A DNA stretch of 33,900 nucleotides from Candidatus Nealsonbacteria bacterium (GTDB lineage Bacteria > Patescibacteriota > Minisyncoccia > Minisyncoccales > PWPS01): NCBI GenBank assembly GCA_003554445.1, contig PWGJ01000004.1, positions 1 to 33,900 of the forward strand. The letters are read 5' to 3'. The position numbers and the translations under genes were made by a program. The notes under the pieces are model-generated. The model was not told where the DNA came from and did no database searches. It worked only from the letters and a program-made list of their open reading frames with translations. Of this stretch, positions 19,290 to 28,345 are shown piece after piece. Each line of letters starts with the position of its first letter. Within the stretch, counting starts at the first letter, position 1.

Positions 19290-20294
19290 ATGAAAAGAGC
19301 TTTATTGCAAAAAAAGAAGGAAAATGAATTGGTGCAGTGTTTAAATTGTGCACATCTGTGTCTTGTCGATGAGGGTGGTTTCGGAATATGTAAAATGAGA
19401 CAAAACAAAAACGGGGAATTAAAAGTTTGCAACTACGGAAAAGTAGCCGCTCTGAATATCGATCCGATTGAAAAAAAGCCTCTTTATCATTTTTTACCGG
19501 GAACTGAAAGTTTGTCTTTGGGAGTCCCCGGATGTTCATTTAACTGTAAAAATTGTCAAAATTGGAGTCTTTCCCAGAAAAAAAAGGAGGATATAAACGG
19601 AAGACGGTTATCTCCCGCAAATATAGTTAAAATCGCAAAAGATAAAAAATTAAAATCAATCTCTTACACCTACAGTGAGCCGATTATTTTTTTGGAGTAC
19701 GCCTTGGATATAATGACAAAAGCAAAGAAAGAGGGAATTAAAAACGTATGGGTTTCAAACGGCTATTTTTCGGACCTGTCTCTGCAAAAGATTTTGCCGT
19801 ATATCGACGCGATAAATATTGATTTAAAAAGTTTTTCGAAAAACTTTTACAAGGATGTATGTAATGGAAGACTGGAGCCCGTCTTGGATGCAATTAAGAA
19901 GATACAAAAAGATGACGACACCTGGTTGGAGCTGACGACACTGCTTATTCCGGGTTACAACGATGATACTTCGGAAATAACTGACATGGCTCGATTTATT
20001 GCCGACTTAGATAAAGATATCCCCTGGCATCTGTCCCGATTTTCAAGTCGCTTTTCCAAAGATATGAAAGATATCCCAGATACTCCGATGGAGACAATGG
20101 AAAAGGCTTATCGGATTGCAAAAAACGCGGGCCTGAACTACGTCTATCAAGGTAATGTCGTAAATGGTAAAACGGATACCCATTGCCCCAAATGCAACTT
20201 TACAGTTATTCAAAGAGAAAATTATAAAACAAAAAGATTTGACGAAAAAGATTGTTGTCCAGATTGCAATCGAAAAGTCAAACTAATTAATTAA
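19290..20294 (+). CDS. amrS: AmmeMemoRadiSam system radical SAM enzyme
   Basis: IDPIEKKPLYHF, CxxxCxxC (GCSFNCKNCQNW), YTYSEP, C-terminal CxxC pairs. Confidence 0.95.
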   Translation: MKRALLQKKKENELVQCLNCAHLCLVDEGGFGICKMRQNKNGELKVCNYGKVAALNIDPIEKKPLYHFLPGTESLSLGVPGCSFNCKNCQNWSLSQKKKEDINGRRLSPANIVKIAKDKKLKSISYTYSEPIIFLEYALDIMTKAKKEGIKNVWVSNGYFSDLSLQKILPYIDAINIDLKSFSKNFYKDVCNGRLEPVLDAIKKIQKDDDTWLELTTLLIPGYNDDTSEITDMARFIADLDKDIPWHLSRFSSRFSKDMKDIPDTPMETMEKAYRIAKNAGLNYVYQGNVVNGKTDTHCPKCNFTVIQRENYKTKRFDEKDCCPDCNRKVKLIN

Positions 20295-20295
20295 A

Positions 20296-21078
20296 ATGAG
20301 CTTAAATTTTGCAGCCGTAACTCCTCATCCACCTATCATAATTCCGGGCGTCGGAAACCAAAAAGATTTGACGAAAGTAGCCGATACGGTAGACGCAATG
20401 GAAAAAATTGCAAAAGGGTTTGACGAAAAAGAGGTCGAAACCGTAATTATAATTACACCTCACGGCTCCTCTTCAAAAAAGAAATTCAATATATCCGGAG
20501 CCGAATGCTTCACCAGTTCACTTCCGGGAGCTCTTCTCAGTTTTGACGGAGACTCGGAGCTTGCAGAAAAATTAACCGATTTAAAAGACGTAAAAAAAGT
20601 TCAAAGCGGTAATCTGGATCACGGTGCCTCGGTTCCTCTTTACTTTCTTAAAGAGAAGCGATCCGATTTTAAAGTTGTGCCGATTACCTACTCCCAAAAA
20701 AGTAGAAAAAAGCACTTTGATTTCGGAAAAAAAATATTCGAATTGATTAAAAAGGAAGAAAAAAATATCGGGGTAATAGCATCCGGAGACCTTTCCCACA
20801 AGTTAACTCCGTTCGCTCCGGCCGGCTTTTCAAAAGAAGGCAAAAAGTTTGACGAGAAATTAATTCAGCTTTTAAAAAAAGAGGAGACTAAAAAGATTTT
20901 GGAGATTGATCAAAAGCTAATCGATGAAGCAGCGGAGTGCGGATACAGATCAATTTTAGTCTTGCTCGGAATACTTTCAAACATCGATTATGAATCAAAA
21001 GTACTATCATACGAAGGTCCATTCGGTGTCGGTTACGGAGTAGTTCAATATTTAATTAAAAATGAAAATCAGACTTAA
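20296..21078 (+). CDS. amrB: AmmeMemoRadiSam protein B (Memo/LigB-like)
   Basis: PHPP, ITPHG, LDHGASVPL, IASGDLSH, AAECG, SYEGPFGVGY. Confidence 0.88.
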   Translation: MSLNFAAVTPHPPIIIPGVGNQKDLTKVADTVDAMEKIAKGFDEKEVETVIIITPHGSSSKKKFNISGAECFTSSLPGALLSFDGDSELAEKLTDLKDVKKVQSGNLDHGASVPLYFLKEKRSDFKVVPITYSQKSRKKHFDFGKKIFELIKKEEKNIGVIASGDLSHKLTPFAPAGFSKEGKKFDEKLIQLLKKEETKKILEIDQKLIDEAAECGYRSILVLLGILSNIDYESKVLSYEGPFGVGYGVVQYLIKNENQT

Positions 21079-21355
21079 AAAATTTGACGGGAATATAGCT
21101 TATTTAATGCGAAGACTGGGATACCATCCCGACAAAAAATCAAGAAAAAATCAACTCTCTTTTTCCAGACCATTGCGCAATGGTAAATTCCCACGATTTC
21201 ACATCTATTATAATTCGAAGGAAAATGTATTAAATCTTCACCTGGATCAAAAAGCTCCTCGATATCATGGAGCATCGGATCATGCTGCCGAATATGATGG
21301 AAAACTGGTAAAACAAGAGTACGATAGAATAAAATCTTATGTCAGCAATAATTAA
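21062..21355 (+). CDS. Hypothetical His-motif protein inserted between amrB and amrA
   Basis: Overlaps both neighbours by 17 nt; FPRFH, LHLDQK and HAAEYDG motifs. Confidence 0.8.
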   Translation: MKIRLKKFDGNIAYLMRRLGYHPDKKSRKNQLSFSRPLRNGKFPRFHIYYNSKENVLNLHLDQKAPRYHGASDHAAEYDGKLVKQEYDRIKSYVSNN

Positions 21356-21875
21356 TTTGGTTAAAAAAACAGTTGAAAGTTATGTAAAGGAGCAAAATTT
21401 TCCTGACCCTCCTGAAGAGCTATCTCAAAAAATTAACAATGGAAGCTCCGGAGTCTTTATTACCATAAAAAAACAAGGTGATTTGCGGGGATGTATGGGA
21501 ACCATTGAATCCGAGGAAAATATAGTAAAGCAGATCGTTTCGAGCTCGATAAGCGCGTGCCGAGACCCTAGATTTAAGAGTATAAAAGAGAGTGAACTTC
21601 CCGAGCTTAGTTATGAAGTAAATATCTTAAAAGAACCAAGGGAAGTTATGACGGTCAGTGATTCAAAGATCCCTGAAAATATACCGTTGTTGCAACCTGA
21701 AAAAGAAGGGATTATTGTAAAATCAGGAAATAAAACCGGCCTGCTTTTACCCGGCATTGAGGGAATCGATTCTCCGGATAAGCAGTTAAAATTAGCTTTA
21801 AGGAAGGCAGGAATTGACTTGACTAAAAATTATAAGATATATAAATTTGAAACCGATAAATATGAAGGAATGTAA
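21339..21875 (+). CDS. amrA: AmmeMemoRadiSam protein A (AMMECR1 domain)
   Basis: GVFITI, LRGCMGT, DPRF, GLLLP. Confidence 0.93.
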   Translation: MSAIINLVKKTVESYVKEQNFPDPPEELSQKINNGSSGVFITIKKQGDLRGCMGTIESEENIVKQIVSSSISACRDPRFKSIKESELPELSYEVNILKEPREVMTVSDSKIPENIPLLQPEKEGIIVKSGNKTGLLLPGIEGIDSPDKQLKLALRKAGIDLTKNYKIYKFETDKYEGM

Positions 21876-22611
21876 AAAAATAATTAATTATTTTCCGGAT
21901 TTTTTGAAAAGTATTCAAAACTCCAACCTTTCCAAATCAACTTTAAATTGCCACGAAAGACATCTCAGTCAATTTAAAAGATGGCTACTTGCAAATAATT
22001 TGGAAAATATAAAACCGAATGAATTAACTGAGGAAGATATTAAAAATTATATATCTTTTTTGAAAAACAAAAAAAACTCCAGGGGTGACATCATCAGCAA
22101 ACAGACACAAAAAAATTATATAAGAACAATTCGTTACTTTTTAAAGTTTTTAGAAAATAAAGACCTGGATTGCACTTCTTCAGAAAAAGCCAGACTTGAA
22201 AAAAAGATAGAAAGCGATATTCAAAAGCTGGTTAATTATTACTTTAAAACAAAAGGTCTTGATTTGGAAGATATTAAAAAAAGTGCAAGAAAAAAGAAGA
22301 TAATATATTCCAGATATACCAAGCCGGCAAAGGATCTAATTGAACTGGCCGGATCTCTGGATGAAGCCAAAAAAGCCGTCAAAAAGGTGGCCGACTGGGC
22401 AAATTCCAGAAACCTCGACTATGCCATAGAAACCGTCTTTAAAAAATGGCCCGAATTGGACAACTTAAAGCCGAAGAAAAAAGAAAAGAAGCCTTATTAT
22501 AAAGGAGATAAAATGATTAAATCACGAGGAAAATGGTACGTTATAGACAGTCAAGGTGAATGGTTTGAATTTGCAGGAAAAGAAGAGGATATAAATTGGA
22601 AAGAAGAATAA
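21862..22611 (+). CDS. Xer/integrase core-binding (SAM-like) domain fused to an unknown C-terminal domain, no catalytic domain
   Basis: First ~112 aa align by hand with the N-domain of the 4359-5339 recombinase (~37 identities, two 1-aa gaps). No R-K-HxxR-H-Y. Likely ATG start at 21862. Confidence 0.8.
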   Translation: MKECKKIINYFPDFLKSIQNSNLSKSTLNCHERHLSQFKRWLLANNLENIKPNELTEEDIKNYISFLKNKKNSRGDIISKQTQKNYIRTIRYFLKFLENKDLDCTSSEKARLEKKIESDIQKLVNYYFKTKGLDLEDIKKSARKKKIIYSRYTKPAKDLIELAGSLDEAKKAVKKVADWANSRNLDYAIETVFKKWPELDNLKPKKKEKKPYYKGDKMIKSRGKWYVIDSQGEWFEFAGKEEDINWKEE

Positions 22612-22615
22612 AAAT

Positions 22616-23527
22616 ATGCACATAACATTTGCCGGAACCTCAAACTTCAGTGCAAGAACTTTAAATTCTCTCTTAAAGGAGGGAGTTAAAATAAGTTCGG
22701 TAGTTACACCTAAAGACAAACCCAAAGGAAGAGGTCAAAAGAGCAAACCAACTCCCGTCAAAAAGATAGCGATAAAAGAAGGTCTCGAAATCAACAATAG
22801 TCTTGAAGAAGTTATTGGAAAAACCGATCTTGTAGTGGTGTCCGCATACGGAAGAATAATTGAAAAAGAGCTCTTGGAAAGACCGAAGCACGGCTTCCTC
22901 AACCTTCATCCTTCCCTACTTCCGAAATATAGAGGACCAACTCCGATACAGGCTGCAATCTTAAATGGTGATAAAAAGACCGGAATTTCAATAATATTAA
23001 TGGATGAAAAAATTGATCATGGACCAATTTTAAGTAAAAAGGAGATAGATTTGACCGGAAACGAATATTACAAGGGCTTGGAAAATAAATTATCAACACT
23101 CGGTGGAAAATATTTATCCAAAACTATAAAGAAATGGACCGAAAATAAGATTGATCCGCAACCTCAAGACGAATCAAAAGCCTCTTATACCGGGCTGCTA
23201 ACCAAGGAGGACGGAAGAATTAATTGGAAGGATAGAGCGATAGATATAGAAAGGCAAATCCGAGCTTATAATCCTTGGCCCGGATCTTATAGTACATTGA
23301 ACGGAAAAATTGTAAAAATACACAAAGCTGATGTCCAAAAAATAACCGAAGACGGTCCCTTCGGACAACCCGGAAAGACTTACTTGGGTACAAATGAAAA
23401 AATCGCCGTTCAGACCGGCGAAGATTTTTTGTTGATTGAAGAGTTGCAGATTGAAGGCAAAAAAAAGACTTCATCAAAACAGTTTTTGCAAGGAAATATC
23501 GATCTTATTGGAAAGACTTTAGGTTAA
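22616..23527 (+). CDS. fmt: Methionyl-tRNA formyltransferase
   Basis: DKPKGRG, SAYG, NLHPSLLPKYRGPTPIQ, RAYNPWPG. Confidence 0.97.
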   Translation: MHITFAGTSNFSARTLNSLLKEGVKISSVVTPKDKPKGRGQKSKPTPVKKIAIKEGLEINNSLEEVIGKTDLVVVSAYGRIIEKELLERPKHGFLNLHPSLLPKYRGPTPIQAAILNGDKKTGISIILMDEKIDHGPILSKKEIDLTGNEYYKGLENKLSTLGGKYLSKTIKKWTENKIDPQPQDESKASYTGLLTKEDGRINWKDRAIDIERQIRAYNPWPGSYSTLNGKIVKIHKADVQKITEDGPFGQPGKTYLGTNEKIAVQTGEDFLLIEELQIEGKKKTSSKQFLQGNIDLIGKTLG

Positions 23528-24083
23528 CCGCTCCATCTCTCAAAATTTCCACCTCATTATTTTTTAACCTTATTAAAGTTGAAGGTTTTGATTTTTTGAC
23601 GCCCGCATCAACATAAAAATCAACTTCATTACCGAAATAATCTTCGGCTTTTTTAATATTTAAGGCGGGATCTCTTCCCTGAATATTAGCACTCGGAGCT
23701 ACTATGGGACCGACTTCTTTTAAAAAATTAATTAGATTAGAATCATCCGGAATTCTGAATGCAATACTATTTCCTCCACGATGGATATGAGGGAATTTAT
23801 CACATTCGACAATTAGACTTACTTTTCCCGGCCAGATATTTTTAAATTTTTCGGGAAGGTCAATATCAAAATAGCTTCTCAGATCATGCTCAGAGGCTAT
23901 AAGAACAATCATCGGTTTATCTCTGTCCCTTTCCTTGATTTCGTATATCCTTTCAACCACACGGGGCGATAAAGCCGACCCGATGATTCCGTAAATCGTA
24001 TCGGTCGGAATTACTCCCACTGCATTATTTTTAACTAGCTCAATAACTTCTTCATTTAACTTATTAAACTTTTGCGTTTGCAT
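23505..24083 (-). CDS. tsaC: L-threonylcarbamoyladenylate synthase (YrdC/Sua5 domain)
   Basis: PTDTIYG, KERDRDKP, WPG, APSAN, PSTLI. Confidence 0.93.
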   Translation of the reverse strand: MQTQKFNKLNEEVIELVKNNAVGVIPTDTIYGIIGSALSPRVVERIYEIKERDRDKPMIVLIASEHDLRSYFDIDLPEKFKNIWPGKVSLIVECDKFPHIHRGGNSIAFRIPDDSNLINFLKEVGPIVAPSANIQGRDPALNIKKAEDYFGNEVDFYVDAGVKKSKPSTLIRLKNNEVEILRDGAVNLKSFQ

Positions 24084-24331
24084 TAATTTTGAAGTTTTGA
24101 CATTTTTTTAGCAGCCTTCATTTGAGCTTTTCCTAGTGCATCATTAATACAAGAGGTTAAAATTTCCTCCTGTTTTCTCTTTGTAAGTTCAGGGCTGATT
24201 TCGACCTTTTCAATTTCCATTTGACCGTTTACTTTAACACGAACTCCATCTTTTTTCACTTCAATCTTTTCATCTTTTAAACTATTTTTTAATTTTCGCA
24301 GTTCATTAACCTTTTTTAGTTTGTCAAACAT
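24083..24331 (-). CDS. ybaB: YbaB/EbfC nucleoid-associated protein
   Basis: GVRVKVNGQMEI...INDALGKAQ, 82 aa. Confidence 0.85.
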   Translation of the reverse strand: MFDKLKKVNELRKLKNSLKDEKIEVKKDGVRVKVNGQMEIEKVEISPELTKRKQEEILTSCINDALGKAQMKAAKKMSKLQN

Positions 24332-24345
24332 ATTTCTTGGAATTT

Positions 24346-24438
24346 AAAACGGGCACTTGGGTTGAGCCCGCATTTTACTTTTAAATAATAATGGCGATTA
24401 GTGACGGCCCGTTTTCCGAGCCATCACCAAACCTCCAT
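24346..24438 (-). ncRNA. Structured leader or small RNA of unknown class upstream of ybaB
   Basis: Long hairpin with G-U pairs that work only on the minus strand, then a terminator-like hairpin with UUUU; GC-rich stems in an AT-rich background. Confidence 0.5.
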
Positions 24439-24441
24439 AGA

Positions 24442-24470
24442 ATCCTAGCATATGAATTCCGTCTTTTCAA
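24442..24470 (-). promoter_or_regulatory. Promoter for the leader/ybaB-tsaC unit
   Basis: TTGAAA-N17-TAGGAT with TGn extension. Confidence 0.6.
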
Positions 24471-25348
24471 GATTTAAATCTTTCTTTCAAATATTCCTTG
24501 AATTCATCTCCGATATCATCCCTGCGCAATGCAAATTCAACCGAGGTTTTTAGGTATCTGAGTGGATCTCCGGTCGTATGCCACTCACCCTCGATCGGTT
24601 GTGCTAAAATACTTTTACCTTTTTGAGCTAAATCATTAACTATATCCATAGCCCAAAGTTCTCCGTCTTTACCCGTAGGAGTTTCTTTAGCTTGTTTTAT
24701 AATGTCATAAGAAAATACGAATCTTCCAAAGAGAGCCATGTTTGAAGGCGCATCCTTAGCCGGAAGTTTTTCATATCCGGCCTCTATCTCATAGTTTTTA
24801 GACTCATCTTTGTATTTTACGGTTCCGTATCTTTCAACTTCCTCGTCGGGAACCTCCTGAACTCCCAAAATGGCAGTCGGTTTTTCCTTTTGATAGACAT
24901 CGATCAGCTGCTTGGTAACCGGCTTGTCCGATAAAGTTAAGTCGTCTCCGAACATGTAAACGAATGCCTCGTCATCATCAATTAAAGGGGCTGCACATAA
25001 AAGCGGAGTAGCATTTCCATACGGGTATCCCGAGTGCTGTCTGACATAAGCGAAGTTAGCCATATGTGGAATATTTTTTATCTTTTTCAACCTCTTATTT
25101 TTACCCGATTTTTTCAATTCATTTTCAAGTTCCGTATTGGAATCAAAATGATCCTCCATCGGCATCTGTCCCGCTCTGGTAACGATTATGATATCTTCAA
25201 TTCCGGAATCAACCGCCTCTTCTACAAGGTGATGAATAATCGGTTTGTCAACAATCGGAAGCATCTCTTTGGGCTGGTTTTTGGTTGCGGGCAAAAACCT
25301 GGTTCCGTATCCCGCAGCGGCAATAACGGCTTTTTTAATTTTTCGCAT
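24467..25348 (-). CDS. galU: UTP--glucose-1-phosphate uridylyltransferase
   Basis: AAGYGTRFLPATKNQPKEMLPIVDKP, YVRQ, GDD, EKLP. Confidence 0.93.
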   Translation of the reverse strand: MRKIKKAVIAAAGYGTRFLPATKNQPKEMLPIVDKPIIHHLVEEAVDSGIEDIIIVTRAGQMPMEDHFDSNTELENELKKSGKNKRLKKIKNIPHMANFAYVRQHSGYPYGNATPLLCAAPLIDDDEAFVYMFGDDLTLSDKPVTKQLIDVYQKEKPTAILGVQEVPDEEVERYGTVKYKDESKNYEIEAGYEKLPAKDAPSNMALFGRFVFSYDIIKQAKETPTGKDGELWAMDIVNDLAQKGKSILAQPIEGEWHTTGDPLRYLKTSVEFALRRDDIGDEFKEYLKERFKS

Positions 25349-25352
25349 ATTA

Positions 25353-25988
25353 TTATATCGGCTTTATCACGGCCAACATATTATTAATTTTTCTATCTCG
25401 TCTATAAGAAAATAAACGATCGTCGCAATATGTACATCTTTTGGAAATTTTAACGTTTTTTACTCCATTTGAATTTAATTTTTCTTTTGCGACCTTTTGT
25501 AGATTTAAATATATTTTATCATCTCTATTTTCAAAACAATTATCGTAATCCGAAAATTTTTCAACCAAATCATCCTTAACTTCAAAGTGGCATGATTGAA
25601 TTGACGGACCTATGAATACTTCTAAATCCTCCTTCCTTTCTCCAATCTCGGTAATTTTACCTATCGCCTCTTCTATAATACCCCTTTTTAAACTTTTCCA
25701 ACCGGCATGTAAAATTCCGACTGCTCTTTTTGAACTAATGTATACGGGCAAACAGTCTGCAACCGTAACTCCCAGCACACAATCGGAAGTGGTAATTAGA
25801 CCGTCAACTCCATTAATCACAGTTCCTCCGTCATGACTATTCACAATTTCAATTTTCTTGCCGTGAATCAGTTCGGCCCGAACAAATTTATCAGGATCAA
25901 TCTTTTTTTTATTTAAATAATCGGTTATATTTTCAACTTTATTCATCGATCCATCTTCTTTTTCGGATATCAGAGTAATCGCTTTCAT
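25353..25988 (-). CDS. pgeF: YfiH/PgeF (laccase-domain) family protein
   Basis: HG, DGLIT, ADCLP, HAGWK, GPSI, CT...FSYRR. Confidence 0.9.
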   Translation of the reverse strand: MKAITLISEKEDGSMNKVENITDYLNKKKIDPDKFVRAELIHGKKIEIVNSHDGGTVINGVDGLITTSDCVLGVTVADCLPVYISSKRAVGILHAGWKSLKRGIIEEAIGKITEIGERKEDLEVFIGPSIQSCHFEVKDDLVEKFSDYDNCFENRDDKIYLNLQKVAKEKLNSNGVKNVKISKRCTYCDDRLFSYRRDRKINNMLAVIKPI

Positions 25989-26593
25989 AACATAAAAATT
26001 AGAAGTGCTTCAATTACAGCTGCAAGAAATAACAAAGGTATTATGATTTTTAAATATACTGAAAAAATAACCTTGTAAGCATCTTTGATATTCTTATTGG
26101 GAAATTTTAATCTTCTTATTTTTTTTAAAACCTTTTTAATGGATAAACGTCCTTCCTTAATTTCAGATATGGTTAAAAGCCCCATATATATCCCCATACC
26201 CGAAGCGATGAAAAAAGCGGTTAATTCAAAAATTCCATGGGGGGCCAAGCTTAAAATCAACCCTTCCAATCCCAAAATCGGGTAGACATATGCGCCGACA
26301 AGTCCTAAAACAAACCCGTTAACAGCTAAAAATAGTAATGGAATGAAAGCGAATAAGACACCCAAGAATACAGCGAGAGTAATGACGAAAGCATTATTCA
26401 CAAAAATAAATAAAAAAGTTTGTATAAAGTTGAAATCTCTTATGAATGAGAATTCTTGCTCTATCTGTGAAAACAGAAGATCGGCATCTTCGGGTCGGGC
26501 CCAATTGAAAGCTACACCCAAAACAGCAAAAATAGAAAATATCAGCAAAGAAAAAAGTGTGTATTTTTTTATTTTTTTAGAAAAAATATTCAT
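25985..26593 (-). CDS. SpoIIM/DUF95 family membrane protein
   Basis: IFVNN, NGFVLG, PHGIFEL, AAVIE. Confidence 0.88.
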   Translation of the reverse strand: MNIFSKKIKKYTLFSLLIFSIFAVLGVAFNWARPEDADLLFSQIEQEFSFIRDFNFIQTFLFIFVNNAFVITLAVFLGVLFAFIPLLFLAVNGFVLGLVGAYVYPILGLEGLILSLAPHGIFELTAFFIASGMGIYMGLLTISEIKEGRLSIKKVLKKIRRLKFPNKNIKDAYKVIFSVYLKIIIPLLFLAAVIEALLIFML

Positions 26594-28317
26594 TGATTGT
26601 TCTTGGGATTTATAAGTTTTAAGTCAATTTTTCTCAATCTTTCCAATCCGCTGAAATCAAAATTCGGGTTAATAATTTTCCCTAAGTGTTGTCCGGTGAT
26701 CTGGTTGGCGAGAAGGACATAGTCCGCTCCTTGATCATATAATCTTCTTGCTTCATCTTCGCCTTCCGCTCTGATGATAATTTTAATATTTTTATCCCGA
26801 TCCTTAATTTTTTCAATTAAATTCAAATTATCTTCCGTTCGTGGATCGGTCGATATTACTACTTTCGTATTATCAAAATTCAAATAATCAAAAAGTTGAG
26901 GGTCGGTTACATCTGAAAGTATACATTCTATTCCCTTGTCTCTCAACCTTTTTGTCACCAGCGGATCAAAATCGACAACCAAAAGATCTTCCAGGTTTAG
27001 GTAATCCATTATTCCTTTTCCACTTTTATCAGCACCTATGAGTACGACAGGTTTTGAAACCTCGGAATCCTTTTTTTCTTCTTCAAGAGGAATTTCCTTT
27101 TCAAAAAAACTTAAAAAACCAAAAAGAGACAAATAAAACTTTTCCGAGTTCATTATTGAATATGTTGAAAGAATAAAGGTAATTATACCGACGGAAGCAA
27201 TTAAAGTAAAAGTTTCATTGCTTATATGCCCCATGGAAAAACCCAGATATGCCAAAATAAGACTGAATTCGGAAATTTGAGGAATAGTAGCCGCAGTTAA
27301 AAAGTTAACTCGTTTAGTGTATCCCAGCTGTCTCAAAGTCAACATTACGACTAAGGGTTTTAAAACTACCACCATAAGACTGAAAAAAAGTACAGGTAGA
27401 AAAACTCCACCGAAATCCGATATTGCCATTAAAGAGCCGATTGTAACAAAAAATATTAAAATAAAAAAATCACGAAAAGGACGGACTTTGTTGGCAATAT
27501 AATATTTTTCTGAAGAATTAGCTAAAGCGACACCACCCAAAAATCCGGCAATTTCAATTGAAAATCCAATTGACTCAGCCATTAAACCGAAAAACAAAAG
27601 CCAAGCAAAAGTTGTTAGAAAAAGAAGTTCTTGTGAATTTCCAATAACTTTAAAAACAACGGGTATAATTATTCGACCCAAAGCGAGCATTAGCCCAAAA
27701 AGCAGGACACCGACTGCCAAAATCCTAATGATCGCTCCCGAAAAAAACTCTCCGGATTCGGAAATCGTTAAAAAGAGTAAAATAAAAACTACCGCTACGT
27801 CCTGAACAAGTAGAAGTCCCACTGACAGCCTTCCATGCAATTTGTCAACATCACCCTTCTGCGTTAGCAATTTAATTATTATTATCGTACTTGAAAATGA
27901 GAGGGCAGCAGCAATATAAGCCGAGGCTAAAATTGAAAAACCGAACAAAAAGTAAGCAGCCAAAAAGCCGGTTACCGCACTAAAAAACATCTGAACCAGC
28001 CCTAAAATCAAAGAGTTTTTACCGATTGCTTTCAATGTATCATAATCCATTTCCAAGCCGACTAGAAAAAGAAGAAACATTATTCCCAAAGCCGAAAAAA
28101 GTTCCAACGCTTCTCTGCCGGCAACATCAAAAAATCCGGAAAGCCCCATTATTAAGCCCGTTACCAAATAAGCCAATATAAAGGGTTGCCCCAACTTCTT
28201 CAATGCAACTCCCAAAACGGAAGCTAAAATCAAGATCACGGTTAACTCCAAAAATAACGGATCTGCCACCGTTAAATATCCAAGAAAGTTTTCTATTTCC
28301 GAGAAAATAAAATTCAT
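26590..28317 (-). CDS. CPA2 cation:proton antiporter with RCK/TrkA-N domain (KefC-like), copy 1
   Basis: FLLFLVGLE, FSSTIIIIK, LLVQD, QISEFS, C-terminal RCK (GADYV); AAGGAGG SD. Confidence 0.92.
   Translation of the reverse strand: MNFIFSEIENFLGYLTVADPLFLELTVILILASVLGVALKKLGQPFILAYLVTGLIMGLSGFFDVAGREALELFSALGIMFLLFLVGLEMDYDTLKAIGKNSLILGLVQMFFSAVTGFLAAYFLFGFSILASAYIAAALSFSSTIIIIKLLTQKGDVDKLHGRLSVGLLLVQDVAVVFILLFLTISESGEFFSGAIIRILAVGVLLFGLMLALGRIIIPVVFKVIGNSQELLFLTTFAWLLFFGLMAESIGFSIEIAGFLGGVALANSSEKYYIANKVRPFRDFFILIFFVTIGSLMAISDFGGVFLPVLFFSLMVVVLKPLVVMLTLRQLGYTKRVNFLTAATIPQISEFSLILAYLGFSMGHISNETFTLIASVGIITFILSTYSIMNSEKFYLSLFGFLSFFEKEIPLEEEKKDSEVSKPVVLIGADKSGKGIMDYLNLEDLLVVDFDPLVTKRLRDKGIECILSDVTDPQLFDYLNFDNTKVVISTDPRTEDNLNLIEKIKDRDKNIKIIIRAEGEDEARRLYDQGADYVLLANQITGQHLGKIINPNFDFSGLERLRKIDLKLINPKNNQ
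27526..27567. repeat. 42-bp exact direct repeat, copy in antiporter 1
   Basis: agcgacaccacccaaaaatccggcaatttcaattgaaaatcc, identical to 29279-29320. Confidence 0.9.
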
Positions 28318-28345
28318 ACTCCTCCTTAAAATGAATAGTTAAAAT

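Noticed and set aside
23505-23527. Convergent overlaps fmt/tsaC (23 nt) and pyrG/rpmA (14 nt) as antisense regulation
   Set aside because: Short tail overlaps are ordinary in compact genomes and nothing else supports a regulatory role
24346-24438. SRP (4.5S) RNA, suggested by its position upstream of ybaB
   Set aside because: No domain IV signature (CAGG...GGAA...AGCAG internal loops); it also does not fold as a tRNA
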